A stretch of DNA of 64,000 nt from an uncultured Planctomycetaceae bacterium (GCA_963833985.1 CAWIAD010000002.1:1120001-1184000), one strand, 5' to 3'; shown: positions 1 to 11,840, counted from the stretch's first letter. Notes: a model not told the origin generated them from the letters alone. Made by a program: numbers and translations.

Positions 1-1217
1 CCGTAATTGTCGTGCGACAGGCCGCCCTGCGAGTAGATCGTCCGGCCGAACTCGCCGCCCCAGATGACCAGGGTCTGGTCGAGTAGCCCGCGAGACTTGA
101 GGTCCTGGATCAGCCCCCAGCAGGGCTGGTCCACGTCCTTGCACTGGAAGGGCATTCGCCCCGAGACGTTGGAATGATGGTCCCAGTTGTTGTGGTAGAT
201 CTGGACGAAGCGCACCCCGCGCTCGACCATCCTCCGCGCCAGCAGTGCGGAGTGGGCGAAGCAGCCCGGTTTCCTGGCCTCCTCGCCGTAGAGCCGGTAG
301 GTGGAAGGCGGCTCGCCAGCGGTGTCGGTGAGCTCGGGCACGCTCGACTGCATCCGGAAGGCAAGCTCGTATTGCTCGATGCGGGTATGCGTCTCGGGGT
401 CGCCCACCTGCTTGTAGTTCAGCTCGTTGAGCGCACGCAGGCCGTCGAGCGTGTTGCGCCGGACCTCGGCGGGCACGCCGGGGGGGTTGTTGATGTAGAG
501 GATCGGGTCGCCGCCACTGCGGAACGAGCAGCCCGCGTGCTCGCCTGGTAGGTAGCCCGAAGACCACAACCGCGCCGAGATCGCCTGGATCTGCTCGGTA
601 TTGGTGGGCTTGGCCACGAGCACGACGAACGTCGGCAGGTTGTCGTTGAGCGATCCCAGGCCATAGGAGGTCCAGGCGCCCAGGCAGGGGCGGCCGGTGA
701 TCTGGTTGCCCGTCTGCATGTAGCTGATGGCCGGCTCGTGGTTGATCGCCTCGGTGTGCATGCTGCGGATGAAGCACATCTCGTCGACCATCTGCGCCGT
801 GTGCGGGAGCATCTCGCTCACCCACATGCCGCAGTCGCCGTGCCGCGCGAACTTGTACTTCGAGGGGGCGATGGGGAACCGCTTCTGGCCGGAGGTCATC
901 GTGGTCAGGCGCTGGCCCATGCGAACCGAGTCCGGCAGGTCCTTGTCGAACCAGCCGTTCATCTGCGGCTTGTAGTCGTAGAGGTCCATCTGCGACGGGC
1001 CGCCCACCATGTGCAGGTAGATGACGTGCTTGGCCCTGGGCGGGAAATGGGTCTTGCCCGGTTTGAGGGAGCTGTCGAGCTCTCCAGCCGCCACGGCGGG
1101 CGCCAGGCCCTCGCGGCCAAGCAGCGCGGCCAGGGCGCCCCAGCCCACGGCGCTGGCGCCGCGGCTGAAGAACTGGCGGCGTGTTTCCAGGCGAATATAT
1201 TCATGAAACGGGTTCAT
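1..1217 (-). CDS. DUF1501 domain-containing protein (planctomycete sulfatase-like, Tat-type leader); runs off the left edge
   Basis: Own translation from ATG at 1217: MNPFHEYIRLETRRQFFSRG...; motifs [53 protein letters not shown]. Paralogous to 19328-20830. Confidence 0.9.
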   Translation of the reverse strand, partial: MNPFHEYIRLETRRQFFSRGASAVGWGALAALLGREGLAPAVAAGELDSSLKPGKTHFPPRAKHVIYLHMVGGPSQMDLYDYKPQMNGWFDKDLPDSVRMGQRLTTMTSGQKRFPIAPSKYKFARHGDCGMWVSEMLPHTAQMVDEMCFIRSMHTEAINHEPAISYMQTGNQITGRPCLGAWTSYGLGSLNDNLPTFVVLVAKPTNTEQIQAISARLWSSGYLPGEHAGCSFRSGGDPILYINNPPGVPAEVRRNTLDGLRALNELNYKQVGDPETHTRIEQYELAFRMQSSVPELTDTAGEPPSTYRLYGEEARKPGCFAHSALLARRMVERGVRFVQIYHNNWDHHSNVSGRMPFQCKDVDQPCWGLIQDLKSRGLLDQTLVIWGGEFGRTIYSQGGLSHDNY

Positions 1218-1247
1218 TGGCGGGTCTCGCTCGGGTCCGGCGTGCGC

Positions 1248-4200
1248 TTACTTGTTGAGTACCTCGTCCAGGTTCAGCAGCTCGTTGGCCAGCATGGTCC
1301 AGGCGGCAAGGATGGCCGGTTCCTGGCTGGTGATCGGCCTGAGCTCGCCCACGGCCAGCAGCCGGTCCGCGTCCTCGGGATGCGACTGGTAGTAGGCGAT
1401 CAGGCGCTCGGCCGAGGAACGGACGACCTTCAGCTCCTGGGTGGCAAACGGACGGCAGAGCAGGCGCCTGGCCATGAAGTCGATGCGGGCGTCGAGACGG
1501 TCGCTCGCCTGCTCCAGCGTGTGCTGGGCCAGCGCCCGGGCTGCCTCGACAAACTGTGGGTCGTTAAGGGTCACGAGCGCCTGGAGCGGCGTGTTGGTCC
1601 GCTCGCGGCGGACGGTGCAGACCTCACGGCTGGGGGCATTGAAGATGTCCATGGAGGCCGGCGGCGCGGCCCGCTTCCAGAACGTGTAAATGCTGCGGCG
1701 ATAGAGGTTCTCGCCCCGGTCGGGCTGGTACAGCCGCGTGTTGCTCTCGGGCATGGCAACCGCTTCCCAGACGCCTTCGGGCTGGTAGGGCCGCGCGCTG
1801 GGGCCGCCCACCCGAGTGGCCAGCAGGTTGCCGCAGTTCAGCGCGTAGTCGCGGACCATCTCGGCGTCCATGCGGAACCGGGGTCCACGTGACAGGAGGC
1901 GGTTCGACGGGTCTTTCTCGTTCTTCTCGGGTGTGCTGGCCGCCGACTGGCGGTACGCCGCCGAGGTGACCATGAGCTTGAATAGCCGCTTCACGTCCCA
2001 GCCGGTCTCGCGGAATTCCACGGCCAGCCAGTCCAGCAGCTCGGGATGCGAGGGGAGCTCGCCGCTGACCCCGAAGTCCCCGGCCGTGCGCACCAGGCCC
2101 GTGCCGAAGACTTCCTGCCAGAACCGGTTCACGGTGACGCGGGAGGTGAGCGGATGCTCCGGGCGCAGCAGCCACTGCGCCAGGCCCAGGCGGTTGCGCG
2201 GCAGGTCGGCGGGCATGGGCGGCAAGACGTCGGGCGTGTCGGCCTTCACCGCTTCGCGCCGCTTGTCGTACTCGCCGCGGTAGAGGACATAGGCCATCGC
2301 GGGCTGGTTGCGCTCGTGCGCGACGTGCGCGATGGTGCCGCGCGACCGGATCGCGGACTGCTCGTGCTGGAGCTCGCTGCGCCGGGGTCAGAAGCGCCCG
2401 GGTCTGGGGGTCGCGCGACCTGAGCCACCAGGCCAGCACGGCCTCGGCGTCCTTGTCGGTCCGCTCTTTCTCGGGCTTATCACGCAAGGCCAGGGCGCGG
2501 CCCGCCACCGACAGGTCGGCCGCCTGCTCGGCCTTGAGGACGGAGCGATAGAGCCGGACGTCGCTGATGCCGACGTTGTCCAGCCGCGCCGACGAGTGCC
2601 GCTGTCCGACCTTGAGCGGAACCGTGGTCTTGATCGTGGCCGTGAGCTGGTTCGTGGCGACGTCGGCCTCTTGAATCTCGCCGTTGACATAGATCTTCAC
2701 GCCCGCGGCCTGCGACGAGCCATCATACGTGATCAGCACGTGGGTCCACTCGTTCAGGGGAAGCTCCGGACGAGCCACCAGCTTCAGCGCGTTCTCGGGC
2801 CACCTGTTCACGAGGTGGGTGGCGACTCTCCGACCCTCAATCCAGAGGTCCCAACCGCGGTAGTCGTGCTCATCGTCCATGCGGGCGACGACCGACCCGG
2901 ACTGCCCGCCCCGGCCCAGCCTGATCCAGGCACCGAAGGAGAAGGCGTCGGAGCGTTCGAAATCGCCCGAATCGACACTCTCGAAGGCCGGCCTCGGCGG
3001 ATTGTGTGTCTTGCTGGAGTTCAGCAGGTCCGCGGGGCTCGACCCCAGGGCGAGCCGCAGCTCCTTGACGGGAACCAGCGCCGTCAGCGTTTCACGGGTC
3101 TGGGAAGCCAGCCACTTCGTGAAATCGGCCCGGGCGGCCGCCGTTCGTGCCGTGATGCGGCCCTGAACCTGGCCCAGCTCGAGTTCGAGCTTCGACCAGC
3201 GGTCGCGATCCCCGGATTGCGGCACGAAGATGATCGGGGGCGTGTTCTCGATGTTCCCGTCGAAGGCGTCCTGGGTGGTGTTGTTGAAGAAGGCCGACAG
3301 CTCGTAGAACTCACGCTGGGAGAGCGGGTCAAACTTGTGATCGTGGCACACGGCGCAGTTCGCGGTGAGGCCGAGCCACACCTGCGAGACGGTCTCGGTC
3401 CGATCGCGCGTGTAGTTGACCAGGTTCTCCTCGGCGATGGTCCCTCCCTCATTGGTGGTCATGTTGCAGCGGTTGAAGCCCGAGGCAATCTGCTGGTCGA
3501 GGGTGTGCCCGGGGAGCAGGTCGCCGGCGAGTTGCTCGACGGTGAACCGGTCGAACGGCATGTTTTGGTTGAACACGCCGATCACCCAGTCGCGGTAGGA
3601 CCACATCTCGCGGTAGTTGTCGAAGTGGTAGCCGTGCGTGTCGGCATAACGCGCGGCGTCGAGCCAGTAGCGGGTGCGATGTTCGCCCCAGCGGGTCGAT
3701 TCAAGCAGGCGGTCGACAAGCCTCGCGTACGCGTCCGGTGCCTGATCGGCCACGAACGCCTCGACCACCTCCGGCGCCGGGGGCAGGCCGGTCAGATCAA
3801 GGCTGAGCCGCCGGACCAATGTCCGCCGATCGGCTTCGGGGGCGGGTTTCAGCCCTTGCTCCTCGAGCTTCGCCAGGATGAAGCGATCGATCGGATTGCG
3901 GACCCACGCCTGCTGCTTCACCGCGGGCAAGGGCGGCCGGCCTGGTGCGATCAGCGACCAGTGCGGTTGATACGCGGCGCCGGACTGGATCCATTCCTTC
4001 AGGAGATCTTTCTGCCGGGACGTCAGCGTCTTGTGCAGCGCGGGCGGAGGCATGAGCTCCTTGGGGTTCGTGGCATTGATGCGCGCGAAGAGCTCGCTAC
4101 CCTCAAGATCGCCGGGCGTGATGGCCCCGAGCTCGATGGCGGCCTCGCGGCGATCGAGCCGCAGGTCGGCCTTGCGGGACGCGCTGTCGGGCCCGTGGCA

Positions 4201-4392
4201 AGCGAAACAGTTCTCCGCCAGGATCGGCCGGATGTCGCGATTATACTGGGGCTGCTCCGCGGCCGGCGCGGGGCTGCACGCGAGCGCCAGCAGCAGCGAC
4301 CGCATCAGGGCGGCACCAGTCCAGCTCCTGCCATTCGCCCGGCGGCATGCCAGGCCCAGGCCGGCCAGGGTCTCAGGAAGTCGGCACATCAT
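1248..4392 (-). CDS. PSD1/planctomycete cytochrome C protein (DUF1549 + DUF1553) with inserted LamG-like domain; one frameshift in GGGG at 2384-2387
   Basis: YNRDIRPILAENCFACHGPD, CAVCHDHKFDP and LamG-like WTHVLITYDGS in ORF 1624..4785. Continues in ORF 1248..2297 ([36 protein letters not shown]). Removing one G restores LTRRSELQHEQ... Confidence 0.88.
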
Positions 4393-5137
4393 CGCTTTCC
4401 TCGACAGGAACGGAAGGATTCTGGGGCTGGGACGGCCCATCCGGCAACGCGTTGCACCAGTAGGACATGCCCGACGCAATGTGGCTGGCCATCGCGCGGA
4501 CCGCCGCTTTCCGGTTGCCGGCCAGCAGCGCCTCAACAATTGCCAGGTGCTCGCTCGCCTCGGCATCCACGCGGTGGAAATCCTGGCGTGATTCCGAATG
4601 GTTCCACGCGGCGTCACGGAACGCGCAAAGAGGTCCTTCAGCCGGCCCAGCTCGCGGGCCAGGAACGCGTTGCCGCAACGGCCAGCGATCAGGTCATGGA
4701 GCCGGCTATCCACGGCCCGCGCTTCCTCGATGAACCTGTACCGGTCGCGCGACTGCACGGCGGTGAGCTTCCTCAGGTCCACCATCAGCGCCTCGAGGTC
4801 GCGGGCCTCGATCCGGCCACACGCCAGGCGTACGGCCTCGCACTCCAGGGCCGAGCGCCACCTGGCAGATCTCGCGGACCTCTCGTGCCGTGAGCGTGCG
4901 TACGATGGCCCCGCGGTTCGGCGTCACATCGACAAGGCCCATTCCCGCCAGCATCACCAGGGCCTCGCGCACCGGCGTATGGCTGACTCCGAAGCGCCGC
5001 GCCAGGGCCTGCGTGACCAGGTGCTCGCCGGGGCGGACCTGGCCGTTGACAATCTCCTTGAGCAGCGATTCCACCAGCACCTGCCGGCGTGAGCCATGAT
5101 TCCAGCGCGGGGCGGTGGATCGAGCGGAAGTCAACAC
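4373..5137 (-). CDS. GntR family transcriptional regulator (wHTH + FCD); two indels at ~4859 and ~4627
   Basis: HTH LARRFGVSHTPVREAL...TPNRGAIVR; FCD segments SALECEAVRLAC, DSRLHDLIAGRCGNAFL and EHLAIVEALLAG lie in successive reading segments. Confidence 0.85.
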
Positions 5138-5422
5138 GGGAGGGCCCCGATGAATCTATATGCACTCACGGATGGAATCGAACGCGATGGCGGGCGGGTC
5201 ATCATCCGGCGTGCGGACCACCCGGACCCTTGCGATCCTACTCCCCTGCGCCATCCCCTGACAAGCCAAATTCTATAGAATCTTCCAGGCCAGGTGAATG
5301 ATCGTCCCCCGTCGAGCGAAAGGCTCCTGCAAGCCGATGTAGTGTGGCAGCCGCAAGCGTGGGATGATACCTGCTGGCGCCACTACGGCTTGCGGTCGGT
5401 CGGCCCCCCAGGGGAGCTCTCG

Positions 5423-6088
5423 ATGAAGATTTCGTTCGCATGTCCAGCCTGCAATGCGAGTGGGTCGGTCGATGATGTGCACGTTGGAAAGCAGGTGCGA
5501 TGCAGGCACTGCAACGCCCGGTTCGCCATCCCCGGTCCGGCGGACCCGGAGTCCGACGTCTACGCCCTGGAAGAGAGCGGGCAGCCGGAGCAGCCGACCG
5601 GAGAGGAACCCTGGAGCCGGCCGGCCGAGGAAGCGGTCTTCGTGCGGGCGCGGTCGTCTGAGTCCGGGTCGCGACAGAGAGAGCGTCAAGGTCATGAGCA
5701 ATCCCAACCGGCGCGGCGCCGGCGGCGAAATACGAGTGATGTACATGCCTGGCCCTGGCAGACCTGGCTGGTCCGTGGATGCGTGACGCTCGCCCTGCTG
5801 CTGGTGGCAATCACGCTCTTCGCGCCTCATGGAACCTGGCTGGCGGGGTGCATCCTGCTGGGCGTCGGCGGTCTGCTGGTGCCGCTGGGCTTCTTCGCCG
5901 GAGCGTTCGGGGCCTTCAGCGAGGATCCGGTCTACGGGTTCTTCTACCTCTTGATCCCGTTCTACTCGGCCTATTATCTGGTGACCCGGTGGGAGGACCT
6001 CTGGCCCTGGGTTGCCTGTGCGACAGCGGGTGTGGGCCTGGTCCTGCTGGGGACCGAGATGATCCGCTGGGCGGCAGCACCCGTTTGA
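5423..6088 (+). CDS. Zinc-ribbon membrane protein (hypothetical)
   Basis: MKISFACPAC...VRCRHC N-terminal zinc ribbon; about 4 C-terminal hydrophobic helices; GGGAG RBS upstream. Confidence 0.75.
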   Translation: MKISFACPACNASGSVDDVHVGKQVRCRHCNARFAIPGPADPESDVYALEESGQPEQPTGEEPWSRPAEEAVFVRARSSESGSRQRERQGHEQSQPARRRRRNTSDVHAWPWQTWLVRGCVTLALLLVAITLFAPHGTWLAGCILLGVGGLLVPLGFFAGAFGAFSEDPVYGFFYLLIPFYSAYYLVTRWEDLWPWVACATAGVGLVLLGTEMIRWAAAPV

Positions 6089-6193
6089 GCCGCCCCGAGC
6101 GCGCGCTCGAGCGATCAAGGTCGGGTGCTGTGCCCGGCGGGCCCGCGGTCAGCGGAACGCGATGCGGTCTTTACCTTCGGCGCGGGCGGCCCA

Positions 6194-6742
6194 TCAAACG
6201 GCCAGGACACCGGTGCGGATGAGGTAGGCGAGCCGCTGGCGCTGCTCGGGGGTCAAGAGCGTATGAATCTGCTCGAGCGCCTGGATCAGCGTGTCGCGAA
6301 CCCGCGCGGCACTGGCGACGCGGCGCTCCCCGGCGCTTCGGGCCCTGGCCGAGTCGAAGGCCTCGCCCGCGACGGCGTCGGAGAACTCGGCCAGGGCGCG
6401 GCGGTCGTCCACCTCGGCCTGGGCTCGTTCGGTCTTCAGCTCGTCGAGGATCCGCGCCAGCTCGGTGATCTGCTTCTCGTTCAGCTCCAGCTTGTGAGCG
6501 AGGAACCGGAGCGGCCTGCGGACGCCAAAGCCGGAACGCGCCTCGAAACGATCTCCCTCGTCGTGATGGTGATGAGGTGGAGGGCCATGGCGGGGCATGA
6601 AGAAATCTCCGCGCTCACGGGGGTCGCCTCCGTGCAGACGGGGGTCATCGTGCCGATGCCCGTGGTGCTCTGGTCGTTCGGATTCGTGGAAGGAATGGGA
6701 ATGTCTGTGGCGCTCGCGGTGGCGCCATGCGGCGTGACACAT
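6194..6742 (-). CDS. Spy/CpxP-like (periplasmic heavy-metal sensor family) protein with His-rich N-terminus
   Basis: LAHKLELNEKQ and LLTPEQRQRL LTxxQ-type motifs; N-terminus HRERHRHSHSFH...HHGHRH...PHHHHD. Confidence 0.7.
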   Translation of the reverse strand: MCHAAWRHRERHRHSHSFHESERPEHHGHRHDDPRLHGGDPRERGDFFMPRHGPPPHHHHDEGDRFEARSGFGVRRPLRFLAHKLELNEKQITELARILDELKTERAQAEVDDRRALAEFSDAVAGEAFDSARARSAGERRVASAARVRDTLIQALEQIHTLLTPEQRQRLAYLIRTGVLAV

Positions 6743-6848
6743 GAGAGGATCTCCAACGCGCCGAGGCGTTACGCACCCGGCGGGGACTTGATTGCGTGGG
6801 CCCGATGCCACACACTTGTGGAATGGTAGGGCGGCCTGGGCACCCGGT

Positions 6849-6893
6849 CAAGCCCACGGCCGCCTGACCAACAAGCCCACAGCCGCCTGACCA
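6849..6893. repeat. Two-copy tandem repeat, 23-bp period (CAAGCCCAC[G/A]GCCGCCTGACCA)
   Basis: Copies at 6849-6870 and 6872-6893 with one mismatch; intergenic. Confidence 0.8.
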
Positions 6894-6935
6894 TGGTTGT
6901 CACGCGAGTTGCGTTCGCGAAGATCGAAGGGCCAG

Positions 6936-9900
6936 CTACCGGGGTTTGTCCGGGGCCGGCACTTGCCGGCTCGCCGCCAGGTATGCAAAAAGGTCGCGGA
7001 TCTCCTGGGGCGTGAGCCGCTCGAGCTGGCCTTCCGGCATCATCGAGACCGAGGTCGGTTTGATCTCGTCGATGTCCTCGCGCGACAGGGTGATCCGCTC
7101 GTTGGCCGTCTGGATGGTCACGGAACGATCAGTCTGCTCGCGGACGATCCCCGAGACCAGCCGGCCATCGGTCGTGGCAATGTTCGTGACCGTGTAGTCC
7201 CGGGCCACCGAGGCGCTGGGGTCGAGCACGTTCTCGAGAATGTAGTCCGGGTTGGCACGGTCCGAGCCGGTGAGCTCCGGGCCGACGTCGCCTCCGCCAT
7301 CGAAGAGCTTATGGCACTGATGACAGGTGCGGTTGAAGACCAGGCGGCCCCGACCCGGGTCGGCCGCCGGGTACTGGTCGGTGGTCAGCAGTTCCTTGTA
7401 CTTGCCGATGAGGGACGCTTTCGCGCTGGAGGTTGGCCGGACGGTCCCCCACACGGCCTCGAGCCGCGTACGGATGTTGTCCTGCCCAAGTGCCAGCAAT
7501 TGCCGGGCGGCCGTGGTGGTCAGGTCGCGGCGCGGAACGGTCCTGGCGGCGATGGCGTCCAGCAGCGCCAGGGCCCAGGCCGGCCGTGCGGAGAGCGTGG
7601 CGATCGCATCGTCACGTTCTGATTCCGAAAGTGCGGCATAACGGTTGAGGATCTGCCGGGGCGTGGCGGGATCGTTGTAGGCGGCCAGGGAGCGGATTGC
7701 CGCGCTGCGCAGCGCGGGGTCGTCAAGCAGTGCGTGCAGCTTTTCGGGGAGGCCGGGAACGTGGTGCTCCACCAGTGCGGTCAGGGAACGAGCGCGGAGA
7801 GCCGGCGGGCCGCCGGCATCGGCAACGACCAGAAGCAGGGCGCTGGTGGCCCTGGGTTCGCCCACATCCAGGGCCAGGAGCAGCATCCGTTCAACGACGT
7901 CCGGATCACGCGAGGCGAGCAGCTTCTCCATGGCGCCTGACCAGCCCTCGGGCCGGACCACCTGCTTGCGGCCCCTGAGCGCTTCCAGGACGCCGGCCAG
8001 CAGTGCCTTCCGCGCGCTGTCCGAAGCTTGCACCAGCACGGGCAGAAGAGCGTTCAGGCCGGCAGTGGCATCGGCTGTCACAGCGCGGCGGGCCAGGTAG
8101 GTGCGGTGCAACGGCAGGGTGCACTGGCCCGCAAGCTTCGAGGCACGGGCCGGATCGCGCCCGGCCAGCGGCTCAACGCCGTACCAGATCATGAGCGGCA
8201 GCATGGGGTCCGCGGGGTCGATCTTCGCCATCGCGAGTACTTCGGCCAGCGGCCAGCGCTCGGGGAGCGGAACGCGCTGGAGGGCGGACGCCAGGCAGAG
8301 CTGAACGCGCGGGGAGGAATCGCTCCGGGCCAGGGCAACCAGCCGCGCGATGGCCTGCGGGGACGGAGCCGCACGGTCGCAGAGCAAGCGGATCGCCCAG
8401 CCGCGCAGCGTGTCGTCGCGATCGTCCAGCAGAGCGAGGCAGGCCTGCTCGCCGAGCCCGGAGATGGCGTTCAGAGCCCAGAGCGCCCGCAGCCGTCGGG
8501 TGCTGTCGGCAGGCGTGGCGAGAATCCCTTGAAGGACCTCACGGCACGCGCCGAGATCTTCCCCCGCGCGGCTCGCTCCTGGAGCAACCGGCGCGCCGTG
8601 CGGACGTACCAGTCGTTCCGGTGCAGTTGCAAGCGTGCCAGCTCGGCGCTGCTGGACGCCGCCAGGTTGACCTTGACCGGCCTGGGTTCACCATACCAGA
8701 TTTTGTAGATGCGTCCATTCTCGCGATGGGCATTGTCGGCGTCGGTGTCGTGGCATTCACCGCGGTCGGTCCAGTCGGTGAAATAGACCCCGCCGTCGGG
8801 CCCATACTTTAGCTCCAGGCCGCGGAACCAGGTGTCGTTGGCCAGCAAGAAGTCGGGCTCGTGATGGGCGACGTAGCCCGAACCCTTGCGCTCCAGGCGG
8901 TCGAGATTGGCGCGATGGCCGTGCAGGTTGAACGTGATCACGGTTTGCCGGAAGCGATCAGGCCAGGCGTCGCCCAGGTAGATCATTGCTCCCACATGGG
9001 CGTGGCCCCCTCCGGCAGCGCTATGCTTCTCGTGCCCCTTGCCCTCACGGCTCTCGGTCCATTGTCCCCCCGCCCAGTGGATATGATCGGCGCATGTTTC
9101 TAGCAGGCCGTAGAGGTTGGGATTGAAATCCTGCCCGAACATCCGCTGGAAGTGAGCGCCCGGGACGACGTGAAACAGGTGGGGGATCACGCAGTTGGTG
9201 ATGAACGCCTCACCACTGTCGTCAAAATCCAGGCCCCAGGGGTTGGTCGTGCCGTTCGCCACGACCTCGAAGACCTTGCCCGTGGGATGATACCGCCAGA
9301 CGCCGCAGTTGATGGGCGTACGGCCGGCGTCGGGCGTTCCCGGTTTGCCGACTCGCGAGTTCGAGAGGATGCCGTTGCAGCCCCAGAGCCAGCCGTCGGG
9401 ACCCCACTTCAGGCCATTGAACATGTTATGCTCGGCCTCGGTGTCCCAGCCGTCGAGCACGACCTCCGGAGGCCCGTCGGGACGATCGTCGCCGTCCTTG
9501 TCGGGGAAGAAGAGGAGGTTCGGCGTGGAGCAGACCCAGACGCCGCCAAATCCGAGTTCAATGCCCGTGAGGTTCGTCCCCTTGTCGAAGAAGACGGTGC
9601 GGCGATCGAACCGTCCGTCGCCATCGGCATCCTCGAAGATGAGGATCCGGTCCTTGCCCTCGGGACCTCCCAGCCAGATCGGGTAAGCCACGTTCTGGAT
9701 GACCCAGAGGCGGCCTTTCGGGTCGATCGTGAAGGCGATGGGCTGCACAACGTCCGGCTCGCCCGCGAAGAGACCGACGTGGAACCCGTCAAGCACCGAC
9801 ATCCGGCTTGCGGCCTTTTCCGGCGCAACCGGCGCCTGGGCCATGCCTGGGCTCTTCGCGTCGGGCCCGTCACCCCGGCAATGCGCCGGCAGGCTGAAGA

Positions 9901-9952
9901 GCATGCATCCGGCGACCAGGCACACACTCAGAGAAACACGTGGCACGATCAT
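6936..9952 (-). CDS. PVC-type heme-binding CxxCH protein (membrane-bound dehydrogenase-like propeller + HEAT repeats + cytochrome c); frameshift in CCCCC at 8561-8565
   Basis: FAGEPDVVQPIAFTIDPKGRLWV, GTTNPWGLDFD and YFTDW in ORF 8471..9952; TCHQCHK, GPELTG and SMMPEG in ORF 6936..8387. One extra G joins them (ARGEDLGACREVL). Confidence 0.88.
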
Positions 9953-10083
9953 GACCGTCGGCTCCGGATGGCTGGTGATTTTTCGTCCGTTCGAGGATAC
10001 GATCTGGCTCTTTGATCAGCAACTCGACGGTCAGGCGTGAAGCCCCATCGAGGTCATGAAAAGAGCCCGGGCAGGAGCAGAGC

Positions 10084-10671
10084 ATGCCGATCACCTATGA
10101 GCAAGCCGTGCAGAAGATGGAGGAGTGGACCAGGAGCCCGGCCCTGAGAAACCACGCGCGTGCCGTCGAAGCGTCGATGCGCAAATCGGCCCACCGGTAC
10201 GGGGCCGGCAGCGACGACGAGCTGCGCTGGGCCATGACCGGGCTGCTGCACGATGCCGACTACGACCAGTGGCCCGACGAGCACCCGCGGCTCATCGTCG
10301 ACTGGCTGAGCGAGCAAGGAGAACCGGAGATCGCACACGCCGTTTCCGCCCACTTCTCCGCGTGGGGCGTGGAACCGGCGTCGCTTCTGGACAAGGCCCT
10401 CCTGGCCTGCGACGAGCTGACCGGCTTTGTCATGGCCTGCTGCCTGGTCCGTCCCGACGGCATCTCCTCGCTCAGCCCCTCCAGCGTCAAGAAGAAGCTC
10501 AAGGACAAGGGATTCGCCGCGAAGGTCGACCGGGGCGACGTCTACGCCGGGCCCGAGCGGCTGGGCACGACCCTCGACGAGCACATTCAGCTCGTGATCG
10601 ACGCCCTCGTTCCTCACGCCCGAGCGCTGGGCATCGCCGGGTCGAGCCATCCGTCCGGTAATGGTTCATGA
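10084..10671 (+). CDS. HD-domain metal-dependent phosphohydrolase
   Basis: LRNHARAVE, GLLHDADY, ACDELTGF, KLKDKGFA motifs; AGGAG RBS. Confidence 0.85.
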   Translation: MPITYEQAVQKMEEWTRSPALRNHARAVEASMRKSAHRYGAGSDDELRWAMTGLLHDADYDQWPDEHPRLIVDWLSEQGEPEIAHAVSAHFSAWGVEPASLLDKALLACDELTGFVMACCLVRPDGISSLSPSSVKKKLKDKGFAAKVDRGDVYAGPERLGTTLDEHIQLVIDALVPHARALGIAGSSHPSGNGS

Positions 10672-11762
10672 GCCGATCCGTTTATGAAAAGCTCGGGGTG
10701 CGTCCCCTGATCAACGGCATGGGCACGTACACCGTCCTGGGCGGGTCGCTCATGCCGGCCGAGGTCGTCGGGGCGATGGTTGAGGCTGCAAGCCACTTCG
10801 TGGACATGGTCGAGCTGCACGAGCAGGCCGGCGCCCGGATCGCCGGGCTGCTGGGCGTTCCCGCGGCGATGGTGACGGCGGGAGCAGCGTCGGCGATCAC
10901 GGTCGCCACCGCGGCCTGCATCACCGGGGGCGAGGACAAACTGCTGGAGCAGCTTCCCGACACCGGCGGCAGGGCTCCCGGGATCATCCTTCAGAAAAGC
11001 CACCGGAGCGGCTATGAAGCACAGATGCAAATGGCCGGGGCAAGGCTCGTGTGGGTCGAAACGGAGTCCGAGCTCGAAGCCGCAATCAGTGAGCACACTT
11101 GCATGCTCTTCTATCTCAACCGGCACGCCCCGCTGGGACGAATCTCTCCGGCACAGTGGGTCCGCGCGGGCAGGACGCATCGCGTGCCGACCTTGCTCGA
11201 CGCCGCGGCCGATGTACCACCGGCAAGCCACCTCTCGCGTTACGTGGACGAGGGCTTCGACCTGGTCGCCCTCTCCGGCGGCAAGGCGCTGCGAGGCCCG
11301 CAAGGGACCGGCCTGCTGCTTGGCCGACGGGACCTGGTCGCCGCGGCCAGGAAGGCGATCAGCCCGCACGAGGGAATCGGCAGGGGGATGAAGGTCGGCA
11401 AGGAGGAGATCATCGGTCTGGTCGCCGCGGTTGAGCGTTACCTCAAGCTCGATCACGCCGCCGAATTCCAGCTCTGGGAATGCAAGGCGGCGTCCCTGGC
11501 GTCCCGGCTGGCGACGGTTCCGTGGCTTGAGGTTCGTTGCGAGGTGCCCGAGATCGCCAACCACGCGCCGCACGTCGTTGTGGAGTGGAGCGGCGAAACA
11601 GACGGCTTTCATGCCCAGGAGATCGCCTGCCGACTGCGGCAGGGTGACCCGCCGATCGCCATCCTGGCCGAAGGCGAGCACACGCTCCGGATCGCCGTCT
11701 GGACGCTGCAAGGCGACGAGCATGAGCTTGTCGCCGCGCGGCTGCTGGCGCTCTTGCTGTGA
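10668..11762 (+). CDS. PLP-dependent SelA-like / DgaE-family transferase
   Basis: LGVRPLINGMGTYTVLGGS, LLDAAAD, SGGKALRGPQGTG (PLP lysine), GRGMKVGKEEIIG; 4-bp overlap with the HD gene. Confidence 0.85.
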   Translation: MSRSVYEKLGVRPLINGMGTYTVLGGSLMPAEVVGAMVEAASHFVDMVELHEQAGARIAGLLGVPAAMVTAGAASAITVATAACITGGEDKLLEQLPDTGGRAPGIILQKSHRSGYEAQMQMAGARLVWVETESELEAAISEHTCMLFYLNRHAPLGRISPAQWVRAGRTHRVPTLLDAAADVPPASHLSRYVDEGFDLVALSGGKALRGPQGTGLLLGRRDLVAAARKAISPHEGIGRGMKVGKEEIIGLVAAVERYLKLDHAAEFQLWECKAASLASRLATVPWLEVRCEVPEIANHAPHVVVEWSGETDGFHAQEIACRLRQGDPPIAILAEGEHTLRIAVWTLQGDEHELVAARLLALLL

Positions 11763-11840
11763 ATGAGGCGAGTGGGCCTTGCCTTGCCTTGCCAGGCTTG
11801 GCCCACTCTCAAGGAATGGCAGATCGAAGCGAGCGCGGGC

